Source of the DNA: Candidatus Poribacteria bacterium
Lineage (GTDB): Bacteria; Poribacteria; WGA-4E; WGA-3G
DNA: 64,000 nucleotides
Direction of reading: 5' to 3'
Assembly (NCBI GenBank): GCA_965215265.1
Contig: OZ244048.1
Coordinates: 1,344,001-1,408,000, forward strand
The position numbers were made by a program, and so were the translations under genes. Below the pieces are notes generated by a model. It saw nothing but the letters and a program-made list of their open reading frames with translations. It did not search any database and was not told where the DNA came from. Below are positions 49,004 through 58,903 of the stretch, in pieces (positions within the stretch are counted from its first letter, which is position 1; each line of letters begins with the position of its first letter).

Positions 49004-50194
49004 TTAGCGGCGCGGGAAAAACGTATCAATACCGGCATCAATATCCTCAATAGGATGGCCGTATTGTTGTTGGTAACTGTCGTGAATTTCACGTTCTGTT
49101 TGAGTGAGTTCTGTCAACGGGAAAGTGAGGGTTTCTCGAGAACGTTTGCTTGATTCGCCCATCGCAATGTTCATCTCTTGGTCTTGCCTACCGCGCATTG
49201 CGCCGTACTCCGGTTGCATGTCATGAAGAACGGCTGTAGCGATGCTGAGCAATTCATCGGCTACAGCAATCTGCCCCTCGGAAAGAGGATAGTGCTTGAG
49301 CGGGTTTTCCCATATTACTGTCTGGTGGGGGAGTTCTAAGGTAATTTTCTCCAGTACAGTCACACCGTCCACATCAATTGTCGTACGTTGGGGCTGGTAA
49401 GCGATGCCTTTTGCCCCGGACTCCAGTGCATCCGTAGGTGTTACATAGATGTCTTCACCTGCGATGGTACCTTTGCTCCCATCAATCTGGGAGATGCCAG
49501 TTTGCCCCCTGCCTAAGGAACGGGCGTGTATAACGTTAGAATAGACCATCAGTGCTGTTGCACAATTATCAAATTCAATGAACCCGAGGCTCCAATTTTC
49601 CTGGGTGTGATGCCGTTTCATCCGGTCGATAATCGGAATGACTGAGCTGGTCTGCGTGATGCCAAGTATGGACATCGGTTCGCCCCCGGCACGAAGCCTC
49701 AGCATGCTCATGCCATGATAACCGCCTTCATAAAAAATCCGGTAGATGCGGGCGACCTCGCCAATGACATCTGCAGCAATAACCGCTGAGAGGAAGCGTT
49801 CACGTGGTGCGCGGTAGTAATTCTCTGCGACTTCCAACTTGACGTTATTCGTGTTAGCACGCGCAATCATTAAATCAGTCGTCGGTAACGTCACAGCGAT
49901 GGGCGTTTCACACAGAATATGAACACCGGCATCAGCCATGAAGCATGCAATCGCATGATGTGCAACACCCGGAACAGTTATATCAACGACATCAAGTTCT
50001 TCATGTGCCACCAGGTCCCGGACGTGCGTGTAAGGTGTTGCACCGTATTGATTCGCGTAACGAACGGCTGTCTCTTCATCTATGTCGCAAATCGCGACCA
50101 GGTTGTAGACATCTTTGAGTTTTGCAATAACCGGCAGATGTGCACCACCGCCGCGCCGTCCTGCACCAATCAAAGCAATATTGAGTTTCGACAT
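49004..50194 (-). CDS. Gfo/Idh/MocA family oxidoreductase
   Basis: IALIGAG, AICD, HILCETP, VAENY; SD AGGAGG before MSKL. Confidence 0.9.
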   Translation of the reverse strand: MSKLNIALIGAGRRGGGAHLPVIAKLKDVYNLVAICDIDEETAVRYANQYGATPYTHVRDLVAHEELDVVDITVPGVAHHAIACFMADAGVHILCETPIAVTLPTTDLMIARANTNNVKLEVAENYYRAPRERFLSAVIAADVIGEVARIYRIFYEGGYHGMSMLRLRAGGEPMSILGITQTSSVIPIIDRMKRHHTQENWSLGFIEFDNCATALMVYSNVIHARSLGRGQTGISQIDGSKGTIAGEDIYVTPTDALESGAKGIAYQPQRTTIDVDGVTVLEKITLELPHQTVIWENPLKHYPLSEGQIAVADELLSIATAVLHDMQPEYGAMRGRQDQEMNIAMGESSKRSRETLTFPLTELTQTEREIHDSYQQQYGHPIEDIDAGIDTFFPRR

Positions 50195-50450
50195 AAAAGG
50201 CCTCCTAATCCATGGAACACACCGTTTGATGAAGTTAGAAAAAATAGGCGACATCTACTCATCCAGATAACGTGTTTTACTGCAACCCGATGTGAAGCGG
50301 TATTTAACATATATAGGATACAGCGCGACACGTGTTTTTAAAATAGCAGCTGCGCTATAAACTGTCAATAAAATTTTTTGTACTCACTTACCCCCATTTT
50401 TTTCTGAGAGTCGTCTGTGTGTGATATTGTTACGGTTGTCTGTGAGAAAA

Positions 50451-50575
50451 GTGGCAGGATAGGTATTCTTTGTCTGTCCTGAAGGACAGTGGCGAGATAG
50501 GTATCTCGCCACCCATTGGGATAACCTTTTACCTGCCACCCACTGGGCAGCCTGGATTGGGCACCTGTAGACAAA
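50451..50575. repeat. Hairpin element copy plus partial arm
   Basis: gtggcaggataggtattc...gataaccttttacctgccac followed by gcagcc..gggcacctgtagac. Confidence 0.8.
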
Positions 50576-50597
50576 CAAAAAATCCGTGAGAAAGGGC

Positions 50598-50626
50598 TTG
50601 ACAATTCGGCAAAAATTTTCTATACT
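50598..50626 (+). promoter_or_regulatory. Near-consensus sigma-70 promoter, leaderless configuration
   Basis: TTGACA-17 nt-TATACT; ATG starts 7 nt downstream (50633) with no SD. Confidence 0.75.
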
Positions 50627-50632
50627 TGAGAT

Positions 50633-50976
50633 ATGCAAAGTCGCACCAGCGAGATACTCGTCTATACTACGCCAAGCGGACTTAGTCCTTATTGGCAATG
50701 ATACACGCGGATTAAAGATGAAAAGGTGAAGATAAATATCTCTCATAGAATTGGACTTTACGAGCAGGTAACTTTGGCGATTTCAAGCAACTGAGCGCGG
50801 TTTTATATGAATGGAGAATCTACTACGTCCCTGGATACCGGGTTTATTTCGGCGTGTTTCGAACCACAGTTATTCTGCTTTGTGGCGGAACTAAACGCAC
50901 ACAACAGCAAGACATTGCCAGAACACAAAACTATTGGAACGACTTCTTAGAACACAGGAAAGAACAAGGAGAATGA
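50633..50976 (+). pseudogene. RelE/HigB-like addiction module killer (HI1419-like) pseudogene
   Basis: MQSRTSEILVYTTPSGLSPYWQ*YTRIKD..., then a frameshift, then GNFGDFK...YEWRIYYVPGYRVYFG...ILLCGGTKRTQQQDI; absent from the ORF track. Confidence 0.8.
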
Positions 50977-51365
50977 ATACCAAAACCAAGCTTCAGAAGT
51001 GCACAGTGCCTTTCAATCCCCCTCTTCTTAAAGAGCTTGCTGAACCGGGGTTTGCCAAAGGTTATCTGGAAGCTGCATGAGCCGATTTTGACAAGGATGG
51101 GAACATTGAAAGACTATTGCACGCCATAAAAGAGGTAGCAGAAGCAAAAGGCGGAATTGCTTTCCTTGCTGCATGGACACAACTCAGTTATCAGAATCTT
51201 GCTTATCTTCTTCGTGTCAAACATCCATCGCAATTAGATAAAAGGTTAGATATTCTCTCAGGGGTAAAGGATTACTTCCGCACACATCCGGCTGAGGAAA
51301 TGCGTTCTGTGGCACATGAAAAATCTGGAGATTCGGAGGAACACGATGAAAATCAGCCCTGTTAA
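50973..51365 (+). pseudogene. HTH addiction module antidote (HI1420-like) pseudogene
   Basis: ATGA overlap with the toxin; ELAEPGFAKGYLEAA*ADFDKDG...LLHAIKEVAEAKGGIA.LA..TQLS.QNL; TGA at 51078-51080. Confidence 0.78.
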
Positions 51366-53090
51366 AGGGAGAGCGATGCTGCACTGGGTGGGCAAACGCC
51401 CTCTCGAGACGGTGAGCAACTATCCCGCACAATTGGTGGAAACTTATAACGTTGAAAACCCGGAGAAAGAGCCGCTATATGATAGATTTTTGGAGGGGCC
51501 GAACCTCCTCTTTCACGGGGATAACAAGGAGATCCTCTCCACCTTACTTGTCAACGGTTTCCGTGGCAAGGTAGATCTCATCTACATCGACCCGCCCTTT
51601 GCTAGTGGTGCAGACTACGTTCGAAAGGTAAAACTCCGCGGCATTCCGGGAACCTCGATGGGTGAAGGTGCTGGGAACCCAGGTGGGAGTAGGGGGGGGG
51701 TAAACCTGCTTCTTTAACAGGCGAAGGCCCCTCCATTATTGAACAGACACAATACACCGACATCTGGGCGAATGATAACTATCTCCAATTCATGTTTGAA
51801 CGCCTGATCTTGATGCGAGAGCTGCTGAGTGAAAAAGGGAGCATCTACCTGCACTGCGACTGGCATAAGAGCCATCATCTCCGTATGCTCCTCGATGAAG
51901 TGTTCGGCGAACAGAACTTCGTCAATGAGATTGTCTGGTGGTATAAAGACCCGTCCGGTGACACTTCTCGCAGTTTTAAGCGGAAGCATGATACCATTTT
52001 CTTTTACGCGAAAACGCGACATTATGTTTTCAATAGAGATGCAGTACGGATGCCATATTCGGAGGGTACCCTTAAACAAGCTGAAGCAGGTGTTGTATCC
52101 TTCGGAAAAGTAGTTAAAGTAAATCCACTCGGTAAGGCACCTGATGATGTGTTTGAAATCCCAATTATCAATTCACAAGCAAAAGAGCGAACTGATTATC
52201 GGACACAAAAACCTGAAGTTCTAATAGAACGTATCATCAAAGCGTCAAGCAACGAAGATTCCATTGTGCTGGATTGCTTCGTGGGAAGCGGCACCACCGC
52301 AGTCGTCGCTGAAAAACTCCGCAGACGCTGGATTGCCGCAGATCTGAACAGAGGGGCCATACAGACGACAATGAAACGCATCCAGACAACTATTGACGAA
52401 CACCGCGGCATCGCTCACTATCGCATCAATAACTATCACTTTAGCGAACAACAGGAACTCCGCAGGCTCCTCATCGAAAAGTATGGTGTCGAAACGGACA
52501 AGAAAGACCGCTTCTTTGACGGCACCGTAGACGGAACCCTCGTCAAAATCGTTGAGTTGACGAAACCGCTCACCCGATTAGATATTCAACTTATCAAAGA
52601 CGAACTGCAGCACCGCCCTGATGAGACGCGCTCGGTAACGGTGCTATGCAACGGCAGCGAGCTGGGAATACAAACCGAACTTGACGCAGAAAACAAGCAT
52701 CACCCGATTAATCAACTCATCGTGCGGGACATCCAACGCGACGGTGTCACCACCTTCGCCCCTGCTGAAGCAGAAGTTGACTTCAAAAGAGACAGGCAAC
52801 ACGTCACCATCACCCTCGTAGATTATATCAGTCCGAGCCTCTTAGGGCGTTTGGAGATAGCCCGCACCCTCTTTGACGAACAAATAGATGATTTCCGTGC
52901 GCAGATTGATTGCGTGCTGATAGATACGGACTACAACGGCACGCATTTCAGAATCGTTGCGAGTGATGTGCCGGAGAAGCAGAGCGAATTTATCAAAGGC
53001 CAATACACGGTAGTGCTGCCGCGCCGTGATGCCCGTGTTGCCGTCAAGATTATTGATATGCTGGGTGAGGAAACCGTGGTAACCGAATAA
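51346..53090 (+). pseudogene. Orphan type III-like Mod DNA methyltransferase, frameshifted at a G9 tract (possibly phase-OFF)
   Basis: Frame A: LHWVGK, GDNK, DLIYIDPPF. Frame B: EQTQYTDIWANDNYLQFMFERL, TQKPE, LDCFVGSGTT. One extra G at 51692-51700 fuses the two frames. Confidence 0.88.
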
Positions 53091-53094
53091 ATAG

Positions 53095-53253
53095 TTCGTA
53101 TCTCTCCGTACCGTCAACGCTTATGTCGTGAGTCCTCGTGTGTAAATCTCGTCAGAGGGTTCGGATGTTTAGATTCATAACCTAAGCAGGCTCCGACGAT
53201 ATTTGTGCTAAGGTTTACATCACATCAGGCGGTGGTGGGCTGAAATAGACGAA
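53095..53253. repeat. Repeat family, cleanest single 159-bp palindromic unit
   Basis: TTCGTAT...AAATCTCGTCAGAG-spacer-CTCCGACGATATTT...ATAGACGAA. Confidence 0.9.
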
Positions 53254-53484
53254 TATTTAGATTCAATACATCGACTCTTGAAAACGGGTTATCATAGATG
53301 TTGGATTTACCCATTTCGGGGCTTTTCTCATGCTTTTCCAAACAAAAACCTTTCACGACAAACCTTCAAAAAAAATGGGGTAAGTGACAATTTTTTGTAG
53401 GATTGAGTCCGATGATGCTTGCTGCTATAGTAAATACTAGGTAAATCTTACTAGAGGTTCCTGAGGCGGCAACACTATTTTATT

Positions 53485-54264
53485 ATGTTCGCTATTATTT
53501 TGAAAGAACTCCGTTCATATACACATACGCGCAAATACCGCCGAGTACATTTCATGATTCTATGCGTGTTGGTGCTTCTGCTGTTTGCTGCCATCCTTGA
53601 ATTCTACGCGCACAGTCGAACTGGTACTACCATTGATGTAGGAAAACAGACATATACCGTTTTCATTATAGCTCTCTTCATTGCCAATTTCTTAGTCCCC
53701 AGGCACGCAGTGGAATCACTACACGCAGAGCAATATAGTCGACATTTATTCCGAAGCGCCGAAAATTCGAGCGCGAACGGTCTATTGATTCGGTTAACCC
53801 CTATCACAGATGGAAAAATCTTGGCAGGAAAGTTGAGTGCGGTTGTCGTTTGGACATTGTGGGGGATATGGCTAGCGATGCCGTTGTTAGCACTTTCAAG
53901 TTACATCGGTGGGTTCGCACTTGTGCAATTGCTGAAATGTGGCACGGTGTTAGTCGTCAGTTGCATTTTCTTCGCAATCATCGGGACGGCTTTCGCCTTA
54001 TGGCAAGCCTCTGCTCCTGCAAAAGGATACAGTTACCTTGTTATCCTATTGGTGACTTTCCTACCACTGATTCCGTTTGCAAGTTTTGAGTTGAGTGCAA
54101 TGTTAGAAGTGATAAGCCCACTCTGTACACTGTTCTCCGTGCTTCATTCGGGGCCAACACAGTTGTGGATATGGCATGTTGCTTTGTTGGCTGTGTTATC
54201 CAGTCTCATTTTTCTAATATGCGTGAGGCGATTGGGTCGGAATTCCATGAACCCGTTTGCTTAG
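53485..54264 (+). CDS. ABC-2-type permease-like membrane protein
   Basis: IILKELR N-terminus, L..LTPI....ILAGKL, six TM helices. Confidence 0.72.
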   Translation: MFAIILKELRSYTHTRKYRRVHFMILCVLVLLLFAAILEFYAHSRTGTTIDVGKQTYTVFIIALFIANFLVPRHAVESLHAEQYSRHLFRSAENSSANGLLIRLTPITDGKILAGKLSAVVVWTLWGIWLAMPLLALSSYIGGFALVQLLKCGTVLVVSCIFFAIIGTAFALWQASAPAKGYSYLVILLVTFLPLIPFASFELSAMLEVISPLCTLFSVLHSGPTQLWIWHVALLAVLSSLIFLICVRRLGRNSMNPFA

Positions 54265-54361
54265 GGCCCTCCGTTTGTTAGTTTAAAAGTCGTGCTTGAA
54301 TAAACCCGCCAAATCATGTATAATCTAAAATTAGACTCCTTTTTATTTCTCCAGAAAACCT

Positions 54362-56299
54362 ATGCCAAATCCAGCACTGTCTAGAGAATATACGCAGCCT
54401 CAAGAGACACACCCCGGTGTGACATTTCGCTCGATTCTGCTCGGCATCCTTCTCATTGCGCCTAATACCTATTTTATTATGGCAAATCATCTCCGTTACT
54501 GGAGTACGTTGCCGACGACGATGTCCCTTATTTACAACGTCGTGGTAACACTGACCGTATTGACGGTTCTCAATTTCCTAATAAAAAAGTTAGTGCCTCG
54601 TTTCGCGCTGCGGCAAGGTGAGCTGCTGACTATCTACGTCATCCTCTCGATTTCTTCAGCCATTGCAGGGCACGACATGATGCAAACCGTCGTGCCAGTT
54701 ATTCCCAACGGATTTTGGTTTTCGACCCCGGAGAATGAGTGGCAACAACTCTTCTGGCGTTACCTCCCGAATTGGATGACGCTGAGTGAACTCTCTGTTT
54801 TACAAGATTTTTATGATGGCGATACAACCTTTTACACGAAAAGGTACCTCGCCGCGTGGTGGGAACCGATATTGTGGTGGACCGTGTTTTTGTCCGTGTT
54901 GATGTGGGTGATGATCTGTATAGATTTGCTTCTGCGGAAGCAGTGGATAGAGCGCGAACGTTTAACCTACCCGATCGTCCGGCTGCCGATAGAATTGACG
55001 TACTCTGACGGGAGACTTTTTAAAACGAGAATGCTCTGGGTGGGTTTTGCAATTGCAGGCGGCATCGATTTGCTCAACGGCATCCACGCCTTTTTCCCGA
55101 CATTTCCTGAAATCCCCGTTCGCAAAGCGGATCTGGGTCTCTACTTCAACGAAAAGCCGTGGGACGCAATAGGGTGGACACCTGTCTATATTCTCTCATT
55201 CGGTGTCGGCTTGGCATTCTTAATGCCGTTGGAGATGTCGTTCTCACTCTGGTTTTTCTATCTTTTTTGGAAAGGCGAACGTGTATTAGGGAGAGCGATG
55301 GGGTTACAAGTTTTACCGGGCTTCCCTTATGACGGACCGCAAGGTGTCGGTGCGTATCTGGCCATTGCGTGTTTTGCCCTCTATGGCGGACGGAAGCACT
55401 TTTACGGCATCATCAAAAACATAAGCGGGAAAAAGCGGCACCTCCCGGAAGAGCTGCAGGATACCACAAATTACCGTTGGCCAATCGTAGGGTTAATCGG
55501 TGGCGTGCTTTTCCTCTTCATCTTTTCACACCGTGGCGGTATGGCACTCTGGATGATAGTGCTGTATTTTCTAATCTATTATCTGCTCGCGTTGGGCATC
55601 ACGCGTGTCCGTGCGGAAGTCGGACCGCCAACGCACGAAATGTTTGTTGCCAATCCCCGGCAATTCATCATTGACATGCTCGGCTCACGCCCTATTTCAC
55701 CGCCGAGTTTGACGATGATGTCGCTTTATTTCGCCTTTAACCGGGGCTACCGTGCGCATCCGATGCCACATACATTGGAAGGGTTTAAACTCGTAGATGT
55801 CGCCACCATGAGAGTCGGACGCATGGTAATCGCCATGATGTGTGCGATCTTTTTCGGTATCTTGGCATCATTTTGGGCGTACCTTGTTGTCTCCTATAAT
55901 ATCGGCGCGAATCCTGGATTGGGAAGTGGCGGCTATAACCTGCTCCGTTCGTGGCTCTATTATCCAACGGAAACGAACATACCGGCTGTCACATTTATGG
56001 GCGTTGGATTTCTCTTTACCGGACTGCTATGGTGGCTGCGTACCCGTTTTCCGATGTTTCCTTTTCATCCAACAGGATATGCTGTGGCAAGCAGTATGTG
56101 GACTTTTGGATGGCTCTGGTTCTCAGTATTGATAAGCTGGGGTATCAAGAACCTCATTTTGAGATTCGGAGGCATCCGGCTGTATCATCGCGTGCTACCG
56201 CTCTTTTTGGGGTTAATTCTGGGACAATTTATTGTGGGTGGGACGTGGGTGCTGATTCGGCTTATCTGGGGCGTATCGGTTTATTCGTTTTACCGTTAG
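54362..56299 (+). CDS. Polytopic membrane protein (DUF6785/DUF6784-like putative transporter)
   Basis: TFRSILLG, ELLTIY, LLRKQW..RERLTYP, RVRAEVG, FPFHPTGY, RFGG..Y....PLFLGLILG. Confidence 0.75.
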   Translation: MPNPALSREYTQPQETHPGVTFRSILLGILLIAPNTYFIMANHLRYWSTLPTTMSLIYNVVVTLTVLTVLNFLIKKLVPRFALRQGELLTIYVILSISSAIAGHDMMQTVVPVIPNGFWFSTPENEWQQLFWRYLPNWMTLSELSVLQDFYDGDTTFYTKRYLAAWWEPILWWTVFLSVLMWVMICIDLLLRKQWIERERLTYPIVRLPIELTYSDGRLFKTRMLWVGFAIAGGIDLLNGIHAFFPTFPEIPVRKADLGLYFNEKPWDAIGWTPVYILSFGVGLAFLMPLEMSFSLWFFYLFWKGERVLGRAMGLQVLPGFPYDGPQGVGAYLAIACFALYGGRKHFYGIIKNISGKKRHLPEELQDTTNYRWPIVGLIGGVLFLFIFSHRGGMALWMIVLYFLIYYLLALGITRVRAEVGPPTHEMFVANPRQFIIDMLGSRPISPPSLTMMSLYFAFNRGYRAHPMPHTLEGFKLVDVATMRVGRMVIAMMCAIFFGILASFWAYLVVSYNIGANPGLGSGGYNLLRSWLYYPTETNIPAVTFMGVGFLFTGLLWWLRTRFPMFPFHPTGYAVASSMWTFGWLWFSVLISWGIKNLILRFGGIRLYHRVLPLFLGLILGQFIVGGTWVLIRLIWGVSVYSFYR

Positions 56300-56390
56300 T
56301 GTCCATAGTCGCTTAGAATCAGGGCCGGCGAATTTATTATTTATCCGATGGACAAAGAAGCTTGTCCGAATCCGTGACAGAAAAGCTCTA

Positions 56391-57197
56391 CTACAAATAC
56401 CCGGCGAACAGATCTCGCACGCGTATCTTATCGGCCTCGTCCCCGAACCCTAAGCTAAACCAGCCATCATAACCACGACGGTTTAACTGCGTGAACAACT
56501 GCACAAAGTCAATCGTTCCTTCACCGGGGACAAGGTGGACTTCGTAATCGCCCGTGTTATCGTTAAGACGCACCTGCCCAATGTTCTCGACACCGAACGC
56601 CTCCAAAAACCCTAACCACCCTTCTGGGACCAAATGCCCATGCGCCACATTGAACGCCCATTTGAGGTAGGGCGAGTCAATTGCATCAAAAAACCAGCGC
56701 GTTTCATCTATATTATGCGGGATGTAGTGCATTTCTGAGCGTTCAGGTTCACGGTTGTGGTTTTCAAAGAAGATAACTACGTCTGCGCGTTCTGCCTCCT
56801 CGACTAACTTCTGGATGCGCTGAAGCGCCGCAGTGCGCCGTTGCTCAACATCACCAAAATGGTATCCACCGTGCCCAATAAGCCATCCGCATCCCAACCG
56901 CTTCGCAAGTTTTAAATTCGCTTGGAGATAACTATCGACTGCTTCAGACAAAATTGGGACGTATTCCGCATTGTTAATCGCTGAAGAAGGATGAATGCCG
57001 ATAGAAATTGTATGCGTTTCACACAACCGTCGCACGGTGTGAACGCGCTGTGCATCAAATGACTCAATATCATTGGGTGGAACATCAGTTTGAAAATCGA
57101 TATATTGAAACCCATTTTCTGCTGCCCACTGGATAGAAACTTCAATTGGTTGCTGCTTGGGTGCATCAAAGCCGAATCGTTTTTTTTTCTCTTTCAT
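56391..57197 (-). CDS. Sugar phosphate isomerase/epimerase (xylose-isomerase-like TIM barrel)
   Basis: GHGG, FENH, NVAH, RLNDN.G..EVHL.PGEGTIDF, GYDG. Confidence 0.85.
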   Translation of the reverse strand: MKEKKKRFGFDAPKQQPIEVSIQWAAENGFQYIDFQTDVPPNDIESFDAQRVHTVRRLCETHTISIGIHPSSAINNAEYVPILSEAVDSYLQANLKLAKRLGCGWLIGHGGYHFGDVEQRRTAALQRIQKLVEEAERADVVIFFENHNREPERSEMHYIPHNIDETRWFFDAIDSPYLKWAFNVAHGHLVPEGWLGFLEAFGVENIGQVRLNDNTGDYEVHLVPGEGTIDFVQLFTQLNRRGYDGWFSLGFGDEADKIRVRDLFAGYL

Positions 57198-57347
57198 ACG
57201 GTTTTCCCTAACTACGTTTTGGCATGCGAGGTAATTTTTACGTTATAGTGAAAGTGCCTATGTTCTGTTTTTTTGAGTTATTCTCCAAACAGGCATCCAT
57301 CGCGAGAGACGATATCGTTCATGAGAAACCTGCGCTCTCATGTTATG

Positions 57348-58724
57348 TTACAAGAGTTGGTGTTCCCACCAGGCGAGGTAATCCGCATCGTTTATATCTG
57401 GTGAAAGCCCCCGTTTTTCCATGCCGTCTCTGAAACTTTCTGCCATGTGCTCATCCCAATAGTTGGTAATGTCGGGCGGTTCTGGTATCTCGCCCATATC
57501 CGCCGTGGCTTGTATCCAATTATCTAACTGACTGCTCAACTCATTTCGCACAGGTTCATAACGTTCATCATCGGCGAGGTTGTTAACTTCATAAACATCT
57601 GCGTCAAGGTCGTACAATTCTTCAGCAGGCCGAGTGGGTTTTAGGAACAGCTGTTGGGCTGGGGATAACAGCCCTTTTGCGGCTAACACCTGCATCAACG
57701 TCCAGACCGGATACTGCTGTTTTTTGTATCCATTGAATTGCATATAGGGTTGTTCCGGATGATAGTTACGAATATATTTATAGCGATGTGTCCGGATGCA
57801 CCGGATCCGGTCGTCGGTGCCGTCACACCGGTCACGCGCAGCAAAAACGGCATTCCGCCGCGTTGCATCTGCGCCAAGGAAAGTTTGGCCGTGCATATAG
57901 TCAGGAATATCTATTTCAGCGAGTGCCAACGTTGTTGGCGCGAAATCTACGCCGCTGATGAGTTCATCTCGGACAGTTCCTGCGTCAAACTGCCCTGGCC
58001 ATCGGACAATCAGCGGAATGTGAATCCCCCCGTCGTATAGGAACTGTTTGCAACGGACATGTGCGCGGCCATGGTCACTCATGAAAAAGATGATGGTATT
58101 TTCAGCAAGTCCTTCTTCATCTAGGCGGTTGAGAATCTGTCCTACTTTGCGATCTAAGATCTGAATGCTCTCAAGGTAGAGAGCCCAATCTTTCCGGGTG
58201 AGCGGATGGTCGGGATAATAGGACGGCAGGTGCACATCATCCGGTGCAATTGGACGTTCCGGATCCGGTTTAAAGACCCGGTGTGTATCCGGAATATTAA
58301 TTTGCGCGTAAAAAGGTTGTCCGGCTGCTCGTTCGCTCCAATCTATTCCATCAAAAGGTTGTTCACGTTTAAAGTTAAAATCTGTCTTCCCGAGGCGGTG
58401 GTACGGCGGTCCTGGGCTATTGCACGTAAAATAGCCGGCTTCTCGGAAACAATCGGTGATGAGTTTCATATCAGCCTGCAACGGTTTATCGCGATTGCTC
58501 CGATGATTGTGTGCATCAAAATGTGTTTGGTAGGTACCCGTGATTAAAGCGGAGCGGCTCGGTGAACAGACTGGACATGTAACGAAAGCATTCGTCCAGC
58601 GAATGCCTTCTGAGGCAAGCCGGTCAATATTCGGCGTTTGCACAGCTGAAGTCCCGTAACAGCCAAGATCGGGCGAAAGATCTTCGCCATAAATCCAGAG
58701 TACATTTGGTTGTGTTGTGGGCAT
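57348..58724 (-). CDS. Sulfatase (Cys-type, formylglycine-dependent)
   Basis: PNVLWI..ED, CSPSRSALITG, SDHG, EELYDL. Confidence 0.95.
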   Translation of the reverse strand: MPTTQPNVLWIYGEDLSPDLGCYGTSAVQTPNIDRLASEGIRWTNAFVTCPVCSPSRSALITGTYQTHFDAHNHRSNRDKPLQADMKLITDCFREAGYFTCNSPGPPYHRLGKTDFNFKREQPFDGIDWSERAAGQPFYAQINIPDTHRVFKPDPERPIAPDDVHLPSYYPDHPLTRKDWALYLESIQILDRKVGQILNRLDEEGLAENTIIFFMSDHGRAHVRCKQFLYDGGIHIPLIVRWPGQFDAGTVRDELISGVDFAPTTLALAEIDIPDYMHGQTFLGADATRRNAVFAARDRCDGTDDRIRCIRTHRYKYIRNYHPEQPYMQFNGYKKQQYPVWTLMQVLAAKGLLSPAQQLFLKPTRPAEELYDLDADVYEVNNLADDERYEPVRNELSSQLDNWIQATADMGEIPEPPDITNYWDEHMAESFRDGMEKRGLSPDINDADYLAWWEHQLL

Positions 58725-58903
58725 AATTCCTCCTTTTAACGTGCTTTTATGAAAGCAAAGCTGATTCCATCATCGCGAGCGCTGCAGTAGTCACCGATTG
58801 GTACGTTCTAATTCTATTTCAATGTGCTAATGTGCTCTAGGCGTTGCCAGTTGTTTGACATCGGTCACGTAAAAGGTGCAAGTAACGTCTGATAACCCCA
58901 AGC

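Noticed and set aside
50699-51080. Genome-wide UGA recoding suggested by in-frame TGAs in the TA genes
   Set aside because: The toxin also has a frameshift, and normal genes here end in TGA (ispG, rpe, yajC); simple pseudogenisation explains it. This differs from the UxxU case at 9685-9696.
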